Positions 30,357 through 40,478 of a DNA stretch of 64,000 nt are shown here, piece after piece (within the stretch, counting starts at the first letter, position 1; every line of letters begins with the position of its first letter). The notes under the pieces are model-generated. The model was not told where the DNA came from. It saw nothing but the letters and a program-made list of their open reading frames with translations, and made no database searches. Origin of the DNA: Verrucomicrobiia bacterium (GTDB taxonomy: Bacteria; Verrucomicrobiota; Verrucomicrobiia; Limisphaerales; UBA1319); assembly GCA_963664225.1 (NCBI GenBank), contig OY760937.1, forward strand, positions 5,696,001 to 5,760,000. Direction: 5' to 3'. The translations under genes were made by a program, and so were the position numbers.

Positions 30357-31781
30357 TCAGGCCTGGAGTTTTTTTGCCAGGATGTCGCCAACGAGATTGG
30401 GATTGGCTTTTCCCTTGCTGAGTTTCATCACCTGGCCTTTTAGAAAGTTCAGAGCCGCGATTTTCCCGGCTTTATAATCCGCCGCGCTGCGCGGATTGGC
30501 TGCGATGGCCTCATCGCAGAATTGTTCGATGGCTCCGGTGTCGCTGACCTGGAGGAGTCCTTTCTTCTCCACAATCTCGCGCGGATTGGCGCCTGAGGCA
30601 AACATCTCGGTGAATACGTCTTGCGCAATTTTACTGCTGATTTTGCCTGAATCCACCAAATCGATCAGTTCCAGAATGGCATCGGGGGCGAATTTCACAT
30701 CCCCCAGACCGGCGTTGGATTCGGTGAGTTTTGCGCGCAGATTGTTGATGATCCAGTTTGCGGCAGCCTTTGGATTTTTTGCGCGGCCCGCGAGCTTTTC
30801 GAAATAATCGCACAGCGGCACATCGTTGACGAAGGTTTCCGCATCGGAGGCCGGCAATTGATATTGGCGTTCCAATCGGCGCTTTTTTGCCAGCGGCAGT
30901 TCGACCACCAACGTGCGCACTTCAGCCTTCCATTGTTCCGTGGGGGCAAAAGGCATCAAGTCCGGCTCAGGGAAATAGCGGTAATCATGAGCCTGCTCCT
31001 TGGTGCGCATCGTCTCGGTGATGCCGCCGATGTCATCCCAACGGCGGGTTTCCTGATATAATTTGCCTCCCTTGGTCAAAACGTCGATCTGACGGGGAAT
31101 TTCATATTCCAGGGCTTTGCGAACCCCGCTGAAACTGTTCATGTTCTTGATCTCGATCTTCATCCCCAAAGCCGTCTGGCCCTTGGGGCGAACACTGATG
31201 TTGACGTCGCAACGGACCATGCCCTTTTCCATGTCGCAATCGCTCACGCCTCCATAGATAAGGATGTCCTTCAGAGCATTGAGATAATCACACGCCATCT
31301 GGGGGGAGGTGATATCCGGTTCGGTGACGATTTCCAGGAGCGGGACACCCGCGCGGTTGAAATCCAGCCCGCTATTACGGTCAAAATGAAAACTCTTGCC
31401 CACATCCTCTTCGAGGTGCGCGCGTGTGATGCGGACCCGTCCAATCGTTCCCTCGGTTTCAAACTCGACCATGCCGGCGGAAGTGGAGGGTCTGTCGTAC
31501 TGGGTGATCTGGTAATTCTTTGGCATGTCCGGATAGAAATAATTCTTCCGGTCAAATTTGGCGTAATCGCAAATGGAGCAGTTCAACAAATAGCCCGCCA
31601 GGGCGGTCCGGCGCAGGGCTTCTTCATTGGCCACGGGCAAAACGCCTGGAAGCCCCAGACAAACGGGGCACACGTTGGTGTTGGGCGCAGCGCCATATTC
31701 ATTGGCGCAACCGCACCACATCTTGGATTTGGTTTTTAACTGGACATGCGTTTCCAGCCCGATGACAGCTTCGTATTCCAT
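30357..31781 (-). CDS. gatB: Asp-tRNA(Asn)/Glu-tRNA(Gln) amidotransferase subunit B
   Basis: VIGLETHVQL, CPVCLGLPG, FDRKNYFYPD, HLEED, RCDVNIS and DYRYFPEPD. Confidence 0.97.
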   Translation of the reverse strand: MEYEAVIGLETHVQLKTKSKMWCGCANEYGAAPNTNVCPVCLGLPGVLPVANEEALRRTALAGYLLNCSICDYAKFDRKNYFYPDMPKNYQITQYDRPSTSAGMVEFETEGTIGRVRITRAHLEEDVGKSFHFDRNSGLDFNRAGVPLLEIVTEPDITSPQMACDYLNALKDILIYGGVSDCDMEKGMVRCDVNISVRPKGQTALGMKIEIKNMNSFSGVRKALEYEIPRQIDVLTKGGKLYQETRRWDDIGGITETMRTKEQAHDYRYFPEPDLMPFAPTEQWKAEVRTLVVELPLAKKRRLERQYQLPASDAETFVNDVPLCDYFEKLAGRAKNPKAAANWIINNLRAKLTESNAGLGDVKFAPDAILELIDLVDSGKISSKIAQDVFTEMFASGANPREIVEKKGLLQVSDTGAIEQFCDEAIAANPRSAADYKAGKIAALNFLKGQVMKLSKGKANPNLVGDILAKKLQA

Positions 31782-31938
31782 AATGACCTGAACCCATCAT
31801 GGCAGAAAGCACGCGACACGAAAACCTCTATTTCACATAAATGGCGAGCTGGCTTGAAAACACTTGCGAAGCCTTTTTTTGAATGCGCGATTTTTTATGG
31901 TGTCAGAAATGCTCGATTATGCGATTCTAATCATTGAT

Positions 31939-34311
31939 ATGATGCTCCACTCCGGTCATGCCGTTTTACGGAATTTCCTGTGCCTGACGGGAATCGCTGC
32001 TGCAATGCAAGTGTCCGCCGGTGTTCAATTGAATGAGTTCCTGGCAAGGAACGCCGGAATCGCGGTTGATTCCAAAGGTCGATCCCCTGATTTTGTCGAG
32101 TTGGTCAATACAGACGCCGTGGATGTCAACCTTGGTGGGTTCCGGATGAGCATTGACAGCGCCGATCCCACCCAGTGGGTGTTTCCCGTCGGCACCAAAA
32201 TCGCGGCGGGCGGTTTTCTGACGGTTTGGTGCGATGACACACGCCGGGCATCGAGTGTTTTTGAAGCCGACTTAAACATCGGGCGTTCACTTGGAAAGAA
32301 CAGTGGCGGGATTTATTTATTTGATCCTTCAGCAAACCTGCTGGAATCCGTTTCCTATGGATTCCAGGTTAGTGATCTTTCGATCGGCAAGTCGGGGGGA
32401 CAATGGCGTCTGCTGGCATCGCCCACACCCGGCGCCGTGAACGCCCAACCGGTGTCGTTGGGTAACCCTGTGGATTTGAGAATCAATGAATGGCTGGCCA
32501 GTGCAACCGCAGGGTCCGACTGGTTTGAATTGTACAATAAATCCACACTAACCTCCGAATTAAGCGGTTTATTATTGGTTGACGATCCCGCCGGCAAACA
32601 AACCATTTATTCGATTCCGGCCCTGTGTTTCATCGGCGCAAACGACTGGGTAAAATTCGATGCGGACAAGTTGACCAACAGCGGACCGGACCATGTGAGC
32701 TTTGGATTGAGCGTCAAAGGGGGGACTCTGGCCTTGTGGACCGCGGACAGGCAGGTCATCGACCAGGTGACTTTTGGCGCGCAGATAGTGGATGTGTCCG
32801 AGGGTCGGCTGCCAGACGGGGGGACCACCATTGTGAGCTTTCCCAAAACTCCAACTCCAGGCGCGGATAATTATTTGCCGCTGACGCACATTTTGATCAA
32901 CGAAGTGCTGGCTCATACCGATCCGCCATTGGAAGACGCCGTGGAGCTTTATAATCCCAACGCGACCAATGTGGACGTGGGTGGGTGGTTTCTGGCCAAC
33001 AAGGCCTCGAACCTCAAGCGATACCGGATTCCTGATAACACCGTGATTCCGGCCGGAGGATATCACGTGCTCTATGAATATGAATTCATCGGAACGGATC
33101 GTTTTACGTTTAATTCAGCCCATGGTGACAAGGTCTATTTATCGACAGGCGATCAAGCGGGCAATTTGACAGGATACCGCGTTTCCCAGTCGTTTGGGCC
33201 GTCGTTTAACAGCGTATCATTTGGCCGGTATATCACCAGTGTCGGTACCGATTTTGTCCCGATGAGCCGTCGCACCTTTGGCCACGATTACCCGGTCTCG
33301 CTTGAGGATTTTCGACAGGGTGGGGGAGCGACCAACGCAACGCCTGTTGTCGAGCCGGTGGTGATCAATGAAATCATGTATCATCCGCCGGATCTTGGAG
33401 GCACAAACGCCATCGATAATGTTGGGGATGAGTTCATGGAGCTATACAATTATTCCCCATACGCAATTTCCCTCTATGACGTGCTCAATCCCGGCAACAC
33501 CTGGAAGGTTGGGGGAGATGTTTCGTTTGTTTTCCCCGTCCAAAAGTCCATTCCGGCGCGGGGCTATTTGATTCTGGTCAGTTTCGATCCGGTCAACGAC
33601 GCGGGGGCGCTGGCGAGTTTTAAGGCGCGTTACCCATTGGATCCGCGCGTTCAGTTGTTCGGACCTTACAGCGGAAAATTGAGCAACAGTTCAGGCGCGG
33701 TGGAATTATACCGGCCGGACAACCCTCAATTGCCTCCCCATCCGGATGCAGGTTTTGTGCCGTATGTCATGATTGAGCGCATCCAATATGGGGACTCGGC
33801 CCCCTGGCCCGTGGAGGCAGACGGAAGTGGGGCGTCCCTGCAAAGGAAAAGCCCGACTGAATACGGAAATGATCCGGTCAATTGGCGCGCTGGAGTGCCA
33901 ACTCCTGGAATCGCCAATGAAACCAATTCCGTCGATTCGGACGGGGACGGAATGCCGGATGTTTGGGAAACCGCATTTGGATTCAATCCGCACGATCCAG
34001 GGGATGCCATTCTTGATGCGGACGGGGATGGAATGAATAATCTGCAGGAATATCTGGCGGGAACAGATCCCACTGACCCCAAGAGTGTGCTCAAACTCAG
34101 CGCAACGCGCGACATTGGCGGCGGGGTTCTTTTGGGGTTCAAGGTCGTTCCTGGAAGAAGCTATTCGGTGGAATATTTGGAGGCGGGAGTCAGCGGATGG
34201 CAGCTCTATAAAGATTTCACGGCGGGCCCGGACATTAAAACGGCTGCAATGGCCGATTCCGCGACTAACCAAATGAGGTGGTACCGGGTGCGAACTCCAC
34301 AGTTGCCGTGA
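31939..34311 (+). CDS. Secreted lamin-tail-domain repeat protein
   Basis: Four INE..A/Y...D.(V/F)EL.N modules, a DSDGDG Ca-binding-like repeat and a C-terminal WYRV tail. Start uncertain. Confidence 0.8.
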   Translation: MMLHSGHAVLRNFLCLTGIAAAMQVSAGVQLNEFLARNAGIAVDSKGRSPDFVELVNTDAVDVNLGGFRMSIDSADPTQWVFPVGTKIAAGGFLTVWCDDTRRASSVFEADLNIGRSLGKNSGGIYLFDPSANLLESVSYGFQVSDLSIGKSGGQWRLLASPTPGAVNAQPVSLGNPVDLRINEWLASATAGSDWFELYNKSTLTSELSGLLLVDDPAGKQTIYSIPALCFIGANDWVKFDADKLTNSGPDHVSFGLSVKGGTLALWTADRQVIDQVTFGAQIVDVSEGRLPDGGTTIVSFPKTPTPGADNYLPLTHILINEVLAHTDPPLEDAVELYNPNATNVDVGGWFLANKASNLKRYRIPDNTVIPAGGYHVLYEYEFIGTDRFTFNSAHGDKVYLSTGDQAGNLTGYRVSQSFGPSFNSVSFGRYITSVGTDFVPMSRRTFGHDYPVSLEDFRQGGGATNATPVVEPVVINEIMYHPPDLGGTNAIDNVGDEFMELYNYSPYAISLYDVLNPGNTWKVGGDVSFVFPVQKSIPARGYLILVSFDPVNDAGALASFKARYPLDPRVQLFGPYSGKLSNSSGAVELYRPDNPQLPPHPDAGFVPYVMIERIQYGDSAPWPVEADGSGASLQRKSPTEYGNDPVNWRAGVPTPGIANETNSVDSDGDGMPDVWETAFGFNPHDPGDAILDADGDGMNNLQEYLAGTDPTDPKSVLKLSATRDIGGGVLLGFKVVPGRSYSVEYLEAGVSGWQLYKDFTAGPDIKTAAMADSATNQMRWYRVRTPQLP

Positions 34312-34511
34312 ACAAATGGCGGTGGAGCGGGGTCAAATAGGGTGGCGGGCATCTATTCGCTTGTGTTGCAATTATGTGAAGGTTTTTTCTTGAAAATCGC
34401 AACCGAAATCGCGATTGTTCCACGGTTACGCACATTTGTGGATATCACCGGTCACTTTTTGTCCAAACTGTTGGGTTAAAGTTGGTAACCATTGAGTTCT
34501 GTTTAATCATT

Positions 34512-37500
34512 ATGAAGCTTCTTACGATTAAAAGTTGGATCATGTTGGTATGGCTCACCGTTGCTGGAGCCCTGGCCATGGCACAGGATGTGAGGATTAC
34601 CGAATTCATGGCCAGCAAACATAGCACACTGCCTGACAAGGATGGCGATTATTCGGACTGGATCGAGCTTTATAACGCAGGGACCGCTGATGCGAACATC
34701 GAAGGCTGGTATCTGACCGATTCAGCAAGCCTTCTGACGGAATGGAGGTTCCCTTCGACTGTGATTCCCGCCAACGGTTTTCTGATTGTATTTGCCTCCG
34801 GCAAGGATTTGGCTGTTTCAGGGGCTGAATTGCACACCAATTTCAAACTGGCGTCTGAAGGGGGCTTCCTGGCACTTGTCAAACCAGACGGGCTGACCAT
34901 TGCCTCCGGTTTTATTCCCGGTTACCCAAAACAATACCGGGATATTTCCTATGGAATTGGCCAGGATGTCGTAACCAATGTGTTGCTGACGACAGGTGCG
35001 ACGTCAAAATTGTTTGTACCCACCAATTCCACCCTGGGGCTGAACTGGGTTCAATCCGTCTTTGACGACTCGAAATGGACCACGGGAGCCACTGGAATCG
35101 GATATGAAACGGTCACTCCCGGTTTTGCGGTCAAAAACATCAAGGCAATCATCCAAATCGGCGGTCTTGCGGATGCCGAGGCGATCATTGCCAATTCCGG
35201 TCTGCAAACGATTGTGTATTCCGAAAATGCGCCGGTCATCAATTATGCGAATACAGGACAGGGTGACCGTTATGCGGGGAATGTCACTTATCCAGGGTTT
35301 AGGATGGGTGTTGAAATCGATAACTTTGTCGTGGAAGCAACGGCGACAATCACCATCCCCACCCCCGGTATTTACACCTTTGGGGTCAACAGCGACGACG
35401 GTTTCAGCCTGACCATCGGAACTTTTGCGATGTCGTTTCCGGGGATGCGAGGGCCTGCAGACACCTTGGGATCGTTCAATTTTACAAATGCGGGCACTTT
35501 CCCCCTCCGGTTGGTGGCTTTTCAAGGCGGGGGCGGGGCTGAAGTGGAGCTTTTTGCCGCCAAGGGCAATTACAGCGCATGGAACAAGACGAACTTTGCC
35601 TTGGTGGGCGATATAGCCAGCGGAGGTTTGGCCGTAACCGCTCCGGTTATCGGAATGGGTAGTCCCACAGGATACCATCCGCAGATGAAAACCGACGTGC
35701 AGAAAGCGATGTACGGCAAAAACGCATCGCTATACGTCCGAACTCCTTTTGTAGTCACCAACGTCTCCGAGGTCGGCAGTTTGACGTTGCGGATGAAATA
35801 TGACGACGGCTTTATCGCTTATCTTAATGGCCAGGAAGTGGCGCGCCGAAATGCTCCCGCAGTGGCTCAGTGGAAATCCACAGCAACCAATACGCATGGT
35901 CTGCCGGGTTCGCTTGTTTTTGAGGACATCATCCTGACCAACCGCCTGAGCCTGTTGAAAGCCGGGACCAACATACTGGCCTTCCAGGGATTGAACATCG
36001 CCACAAATGACACCACTTTTTTCATTTGTCCCGAACTGGTTGATTACCGGGTGATCGCTGTCACCAACCATTATTTTTCCGCGCCTTCACCTGGCCGCGC
36101 GAACACTGCGGGTTTTTACGCCTATGTCCCGGACACCAAATTCAGTGTGGACCGCGGCTTTTATGACACCCCATTCAATGTTGCCATTACCTGCGCAATG
36201 ACCAATGCGGTGATTCGATATACGACTAATGGGACACTCCCTTCATTGGATAACGGATTTGTCTATACGGCACCCTTGCGGATCATCGGCACAACGGTTC
36301 TTCGCACGGCGGCTTTTGCGCCATGGTTTGAACCCTCACCGGCGGATACGCAGTCTTACATTTTCCTATCGGATGTCATCCGGCAGTCACCCAATGGCCA
36401 GACCCCCACGGGATGGCCTTCGACTTGGGGGGCCAATGTCGTGGATTACGGAATGGATCCAAATGTCGTAAACAGCCCACTTTACAGCAGCACAATCAAG
36501 AACGACTTGCAGAGCATTCCCACGTTTTCGATTGTCATGAATCTGCCTGATTTGTTTGATGCATCGACCGGAATTTACGCGAATGCCGAACAGCATGGCA
36601 ATGACTGGGAAAAACCGGCCTCGGTGGAACTGATTTATCCCGATGGGACCAAGGGCTTCCAAGTCAACGCGGGTATCCGTATTCGCGGCGGCTACAGCCG
36701 CAGTTCAAACAATCCCAAACATGGATTCCGCCTCTTTTTCAGGCAGGAATATGGGGCAAATCGTCTGGTTTATCCCTTCTTTGGCAAGGACGGCACCGAT
36801 ACTTTTGAGGGCTTCGACCTAAGAACCGCTCAAAACTATTCATGGAGTTTCGAAGGCAATCCAAACTGCATCTTCATCCGTGATCAGTTTTGCCGGGATA
36901 CTCAAATCGCGATGGAAGAGCCGGGCTCAAGGGGCAAATTCTATCATCTCTACATTAATGGGGAATATTGGGGGCTGTTTGATATCGATGAACGTCCGGA
37001 GGCCTCATTTGGCGAAACCTATCTGGGCGGGAACAAGGACAATTACGATGTCATCAAGGTGCAAACCGGGCCTTACACCATTTACGCCACGGATGGCAAC
37101 ATGGATGCCTGGACGAGACTTTATAATGCTTGCACCAACGCGGCGCCGCTCACCAATAACGCGGCCTATTTCAAGCTTCAGGGCAGAAATTCCGATGGCT
37201 CGGTGAATCCTTCCTATGAAAACCTGATCGACACCACCAATCTGGTGGACTACATGCTTTTGATCCTTTACAGCGGGAATTTCGATGCGCCTATTTCCGC
37301 CTTTTTGGATGAAATTCGACCAAACAATTTTTATGCGTTGCGCGAGCGCACCGGCGCAAGCGGCGGTTTCAAATTTGTCAGCCATGACTCCGAACATGTG
37401 CTCATAGACAAGTGGTGGGGAACGGTGCCAACCAACGCACTGTATGTGGATCGCAACGGTCCGTTTCCAGCGGGAGATGATTCCGTGCTGTATAGCAATC

Positions 37501-40199
37501 CGCAATGGATCTACCAGCGCCTCCTGACCAACGCTGAGTTTCGCGTCCTGGTCAGTGATCGGGCGCAAAAACAATTCCTCAATGGCGGTCCTTTGAGCGC
37601 TGCGGCCTGCATCGCGCGCTTCACGGAGCGCAAGAACGAGATCGATCGGGCTGTAGTGGGTGAATCGGCACGTTGGGGAGACGCAAAGAGGCCGGGCAAT
37701 GCGCTGACGCGCGACAACGATTGGCTGCCCGCAATAAACAACTTGTTGAACAATTATCTGCCATACCGGTCTGACGTCATCCTGGATCAGCTCAGATCCC
37801 GTGGTTTGTTTCCTTATATAACGGCGCCTGTCTTAAGTCAGCAAGGCAGCAATGTGGTATCCGGTTTTTCGTTGGTCATGAATGGTTCCGGTGGAACGGT
37901 GTATTACACGACTGACGGGTCCGATCCGCGATTGATCGGTGGCGCCATGTCTTCCAAGGCCATACCCTATCGCAATCCCGTTGTGATCAACCAAAACACA
38001 ACGATTAAATCCCGTGTTTGGAATGGCATCGAATGGAGCCCCCTAAATGAGGCCGAATTTACCGTGATTCAAACTTTTGCGGAATTATTGCCAACGGAAA
38101 TCATGTATCACCCGCCGAGTCACGGGGTGGTGAACGCCGACGAGTTCGAGTTTGTCGAGTTAAAGAACACGTCAACCAAGGTTCTGGATTTGAGTGGAGT
38201 GCATTTTACCAGTGGAATTGATTTTGTGTTCACCAATGGTACAACGCTCAACCCAGGCCAATTTGTGGTTCTGGCAAGCAATCCGGATGCGTTCGCGAGC
38301 AATTATCCGGGCGTGCATGTGGACGGCGCTTACACAAAACGCCTGGCAAACAACTCGGACAAACTCACTTTGGTCCACGCTGTTGGGACAAAGATTTTTT
38401 CTGTGGCATACCAATCTGGTGCGCCATGGCCCGCAACGGCTGATGGCATGGGCTATTCATTGGTTCCGCTGATTTCTGATGTTGGCGCCGACTGGGATAA
38501 TCCGGCAAATTGGCGGGCCAGCACGGAAATAGGAGGATCGCCTGGGATGGATGATCCAGCGCGGAAAACTCTTCCAGTTGTCATCAATGAATTGCTCACC
38601 AATAGCGATCCGCCCCAGACAGATGCCATTGAGTTATATAATCCGAACGAGTCCTCGGTAAACATAGGTAATTGGTTTCTCACGGACACCAAGAGCACGC
38701 CTGCGAAATTCAAAATTCCGGCTAACACAATATTGGCTCCAGGCGCATTCAAAGTGTTTACGGAAACGAATTTTAATCCGATACCAGGGCAGGATCCGAG
38801 CTTTTCACTCAGTTCACGGGGCGAATCAGCCTATTTGTTTGCAGCCGATTCGACGGGTCATTTGACCGGTTACTGCGATGGGGTTGAGTTTGGCGCGGCG
38901 GCGGTGGGAGTCACATTTGGCAGATACACAAATCAAGCGGGATGGGTTTATTTCCCGGCTCAATTGACCAATTCGCTTGGAACGATCAATTCAGGGCCCC
39001 GCGTGGGGCCTGTGGTGATCAATGAAATTAATTACCATCCTTTGCCGGGTCAGGCCGGTTTTGTGGAATTGAAAAACATAACGTCGGAAAACGTCGCCCT
39101 GTACGATCCAGCCAATACCACAAATACCTGGAAATTGAACGGGACGGGTTTTGATTTTCCGGCTGGAGTTGAAATTCCGGCAGGTGGTTTGGCGCTCGTT
39201 GTCGAAGGCAGTCCTGCGGCGTTCCGCACGAGCAATAATGTTCCTGCAAATGTGGCGATTTACGGTCCGCTCAATGGTGGATTGCAGAATGGCGGTGAAT
39301 TACTGGAGCTGCAACGCCCAGGCCCACCCGAACCCGGCACCAATGGAACCGTCTTTGTGCCTTATATCGCAGTGGATACAGTGCATTACAACAACCGTCT
39401 ACCCTGGCCCCAGGCAGCGGATGGGCAGGGTGCCTCGTTGGAGCGTCTGGTGGTATCGGCCTTTGGCGATGATCCATTCAATTGGGTGGCCAGCGAAGGG
39501 GCGCCGACGCCTGGAATCTCTGTCAACCACACCCCCGAGGTGAATACGGGCGGAAATGTAACTCTCTACGTTCCGTCCCTGCCACTAACCGTAAAACTGA
39601 ATGGCACTGCAATCGATGACGGGCTGCCCAATCCGCCGGGGAAAATGGACTTCGAATGGAGCTTGATCGCCGGACCGAACTTGGTGAGTTTTTCAGCGCC
39701 ATTGGAGTTGAATACCACGGTGACCTTCACATCGTTTGGCAGTTATACGCTTCAGTTGGCCGCCACTGACGGTGAACGAGTTGGATCGAAGGAAGTAACG
39801 TATGACATTCAAGGGGAGAGTATTGCAGAATGGCAGCAACGTTATTTCTCCACGGTTGAGCTGGCTAATCCGGAGATCAGCGGTCTGAGCGCCGATCCCG
39901 ATCATGATGGGGCGAGTAACGAACAAGAATACCGATCCGGCACAAATCCCCGAAATGCGGAGAGCGTCTTGAGAATTGGCCTGAAAACTGCTAATAATCA
40001 ATCGACCCTGTTGCATTTTGTGGCGACGGCGGGCCGGACTTATTCAGTGATGTATTGTGACGGTCTGGAAACGCGATTGTGGCATAAGATTGCCGATGTT
40101 TCTGCTGAAACAAGAGACCGGGACGTTGACGTCGCAGATAATGGGTCACGAGTTGGCGCTCAGCGATATTACCGGTTGGTGACGCCAGCGCAGCCTTAG
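34512..40199 (+). CDS. Giant secreted protein with lamin-tail domains, PA14-like, chitobiase-like, CotH kinase-like and PKD-like domains
   Basis: Signal peptide (AMA-Q), LTD modules, VNSDDG (PA14-like), IRYTTNGT and YYTTDGSDP. CotH-like motifs RIRGGYSR, LYINGEYWGL..IDER, NNFY and HDSEH. C-terminal YYRLV tail. Confidence 0.8.
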   Translation: MKLLTIKSWIMLVWLTVAGALAMAQDVRITEFMASKHSTLPDKDGDYSDWIELYNAGTADANIEGWYLTDSASLLTEWRFPSTVIPANGFLIVFASGKDLAVSGAELHTNFKLASEGGFLALVKPDGLTIASGFIPGYPKQYRDISYGIGQDVVTNVLLTTGATSKLFVPTNSTLGLNWVQSVFDDSKWTTGATGIGYETVTPGFAVKNIKAIIQIGGLADAEAIIANSGLQTIVYSENAPVINYANTGQGDRYAGNVTYPGFRMGVEIDNFVVEATATITIPTPGIYTFGVNSDDGFSLTIGTFAMSFPGMRGPADTLGSFNFTNAGTFPLRLVAFQGGGGAEVELFAAKGNYSAWNKTNFALVGDIASGGLAVTAPVIGMGSPTGYHPQMKTDVQKAMYGKNASLYVRTPFVVTNVSEVGSLTLRMKYDDGFIAYLNGQEVARRNAPAVAQWKSTATNTHGLPGSLVFEDIILTNRLSLLKAGTNILAFQGLNIATNDTTFFICPELVDYRVIAVTNHYFSAPSPGRANTAGFYAYVPDTKFSVDRGFYDTPFNVAITCAMTNAVIRYTTNGTLPSLDNGFVYTAPLRIIGTTVLRTAAFAPWFEPSPADTQSYIFLSDVIRQSPNGQTPTGWPSTWGANVVDYGMDPNVVNSPLYSSTIKNDLQSIPTFSIVMNLPDLFDASTGIYANAEQHGNDWEKPASVELIYPDGTKGFQVNAGIRIRGGYSRSSNNPKHGFRLFFRQEYGANRLVYPFFGKDGTDTFEGFDLRTAQNYSWSFEGNPNCIFIRDQFCRDTQIAMEEPGSRGKFYHLYINGEYWGLFDIDERPEASFGETYLGGNKDNYDVIKVQTGPYTIYATDGNMDAWTRLYNACTNAAPLTNNAAYFKLQGRNSDGSVNPSYENLIDTTNLVDYMLLILYSGNFDAPISAFLDEIRPNNFYALRERTGASGGFKFVSHDSEHVLIDKWWGTVPTNALYVDRNGPFPAGDDSVLYSNPQWIYQRLLTNAEFRVLVSDRAQKQFLNGGPLSAAACIARFTERKNEIDRAVVGESARWGDAKRPGNALTRDNDWLPAINNLLNNYLPYRSDVILDQLRSRGLFPYITAPVLSQQGSNVVSGFSLVMNGSGGTVYYTTDGSDPRLIGGAMSSKAIPYRNPVVINQNTTIKSRVWNGIEWSPLNEAEFTVIQTFAELLPTEIMYHPPSHGVVNADEFEFVELKNTSTKVLDLSGVHFTSGIDFVFTNGTTLNPGQFVVLASNPDAFASNYPGVHVDGAYTKRLANNSDKLTLVHAVGTKIFSVAYQSGAPWPATADGMGYSLVPLISDVGADWDNPANWRASTEIGGSPGMDDPARKTLPVVINELLTNSDPPQTDAIELYNPNESSVNIGNWFLTDTKSTPAKFKIPANTILAPGAFKVFTETNFNPIPGQDPSFSLSSRGESAYLFAADSTGHLTGYCDGVEFGAAAVGVTFGRYTNQAGWVYFPAQLTNSLGTINSGPRVGPVVINEINYHPLPGQAGFVELKNITSENVALYDPANTTNTWKLNGTGFDFPAGVEIPAGGLALVVEGSPAAFRTSNNVPANVAIYGPLNGGLQNGGELLELQRPGPPEPGTNGTVFVPYIAVDTVHYNNRLPWPQAADGQGASLERLVVSAFGDDPFNWVASEGAPTPGISVNHTPEVNTGGNVTLYVPSLPLTVKLNGTAIDDGLPNPPGKMDFEWSLIAGPNLVSFSAPLELNTTVTFTSFGSYTLQLAATDGERVGSKEVTYDIQGESIAEWQQRYFSTVELANPEISGLSADPDHDGASNEQEYRSGTNPRNAESVLRIGLKTANNQSTLLHFVATAGRTYSVMYCDGLETRLWHKIADVSAETRDRDVDVADNGSRVGAQRYYRLVTPAQP

Positions 40200-40216
40200 A
40201 ATTGTTCCTCCGCGAT

Positions 40217-40256
40217 GCGCCCGGCCAGCATTAGGATGCTCCGGGCGCTTTTTATT
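40217..40256 (+). terminator. Intrinsic terminator
   Basis: GCGCCCGG..AGCAT..ATGCT-CCGGGCGC followed by TTTTT. Confidence 0.75.
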
Positions 40257-40478
40257 AAGCGTGATGATGGGTTCTGTAATTGGGAAGGTGCTTGCGTGTT
40301 TCTGGTTAAAAATGCGTGAAGAGCATCCTTCCCTGGTAACGATACTTGCCATAACAATGCGATTTGCTTTTACTGTCGGTCGTTCCAATGCAACGACGTT
40401 GAGGGTCGTAAATCGAATGCAAGCACCGTTTTGGATGGAATTTGAGAGTGCAGGGTTAAAAATCACAGATTTTATTGT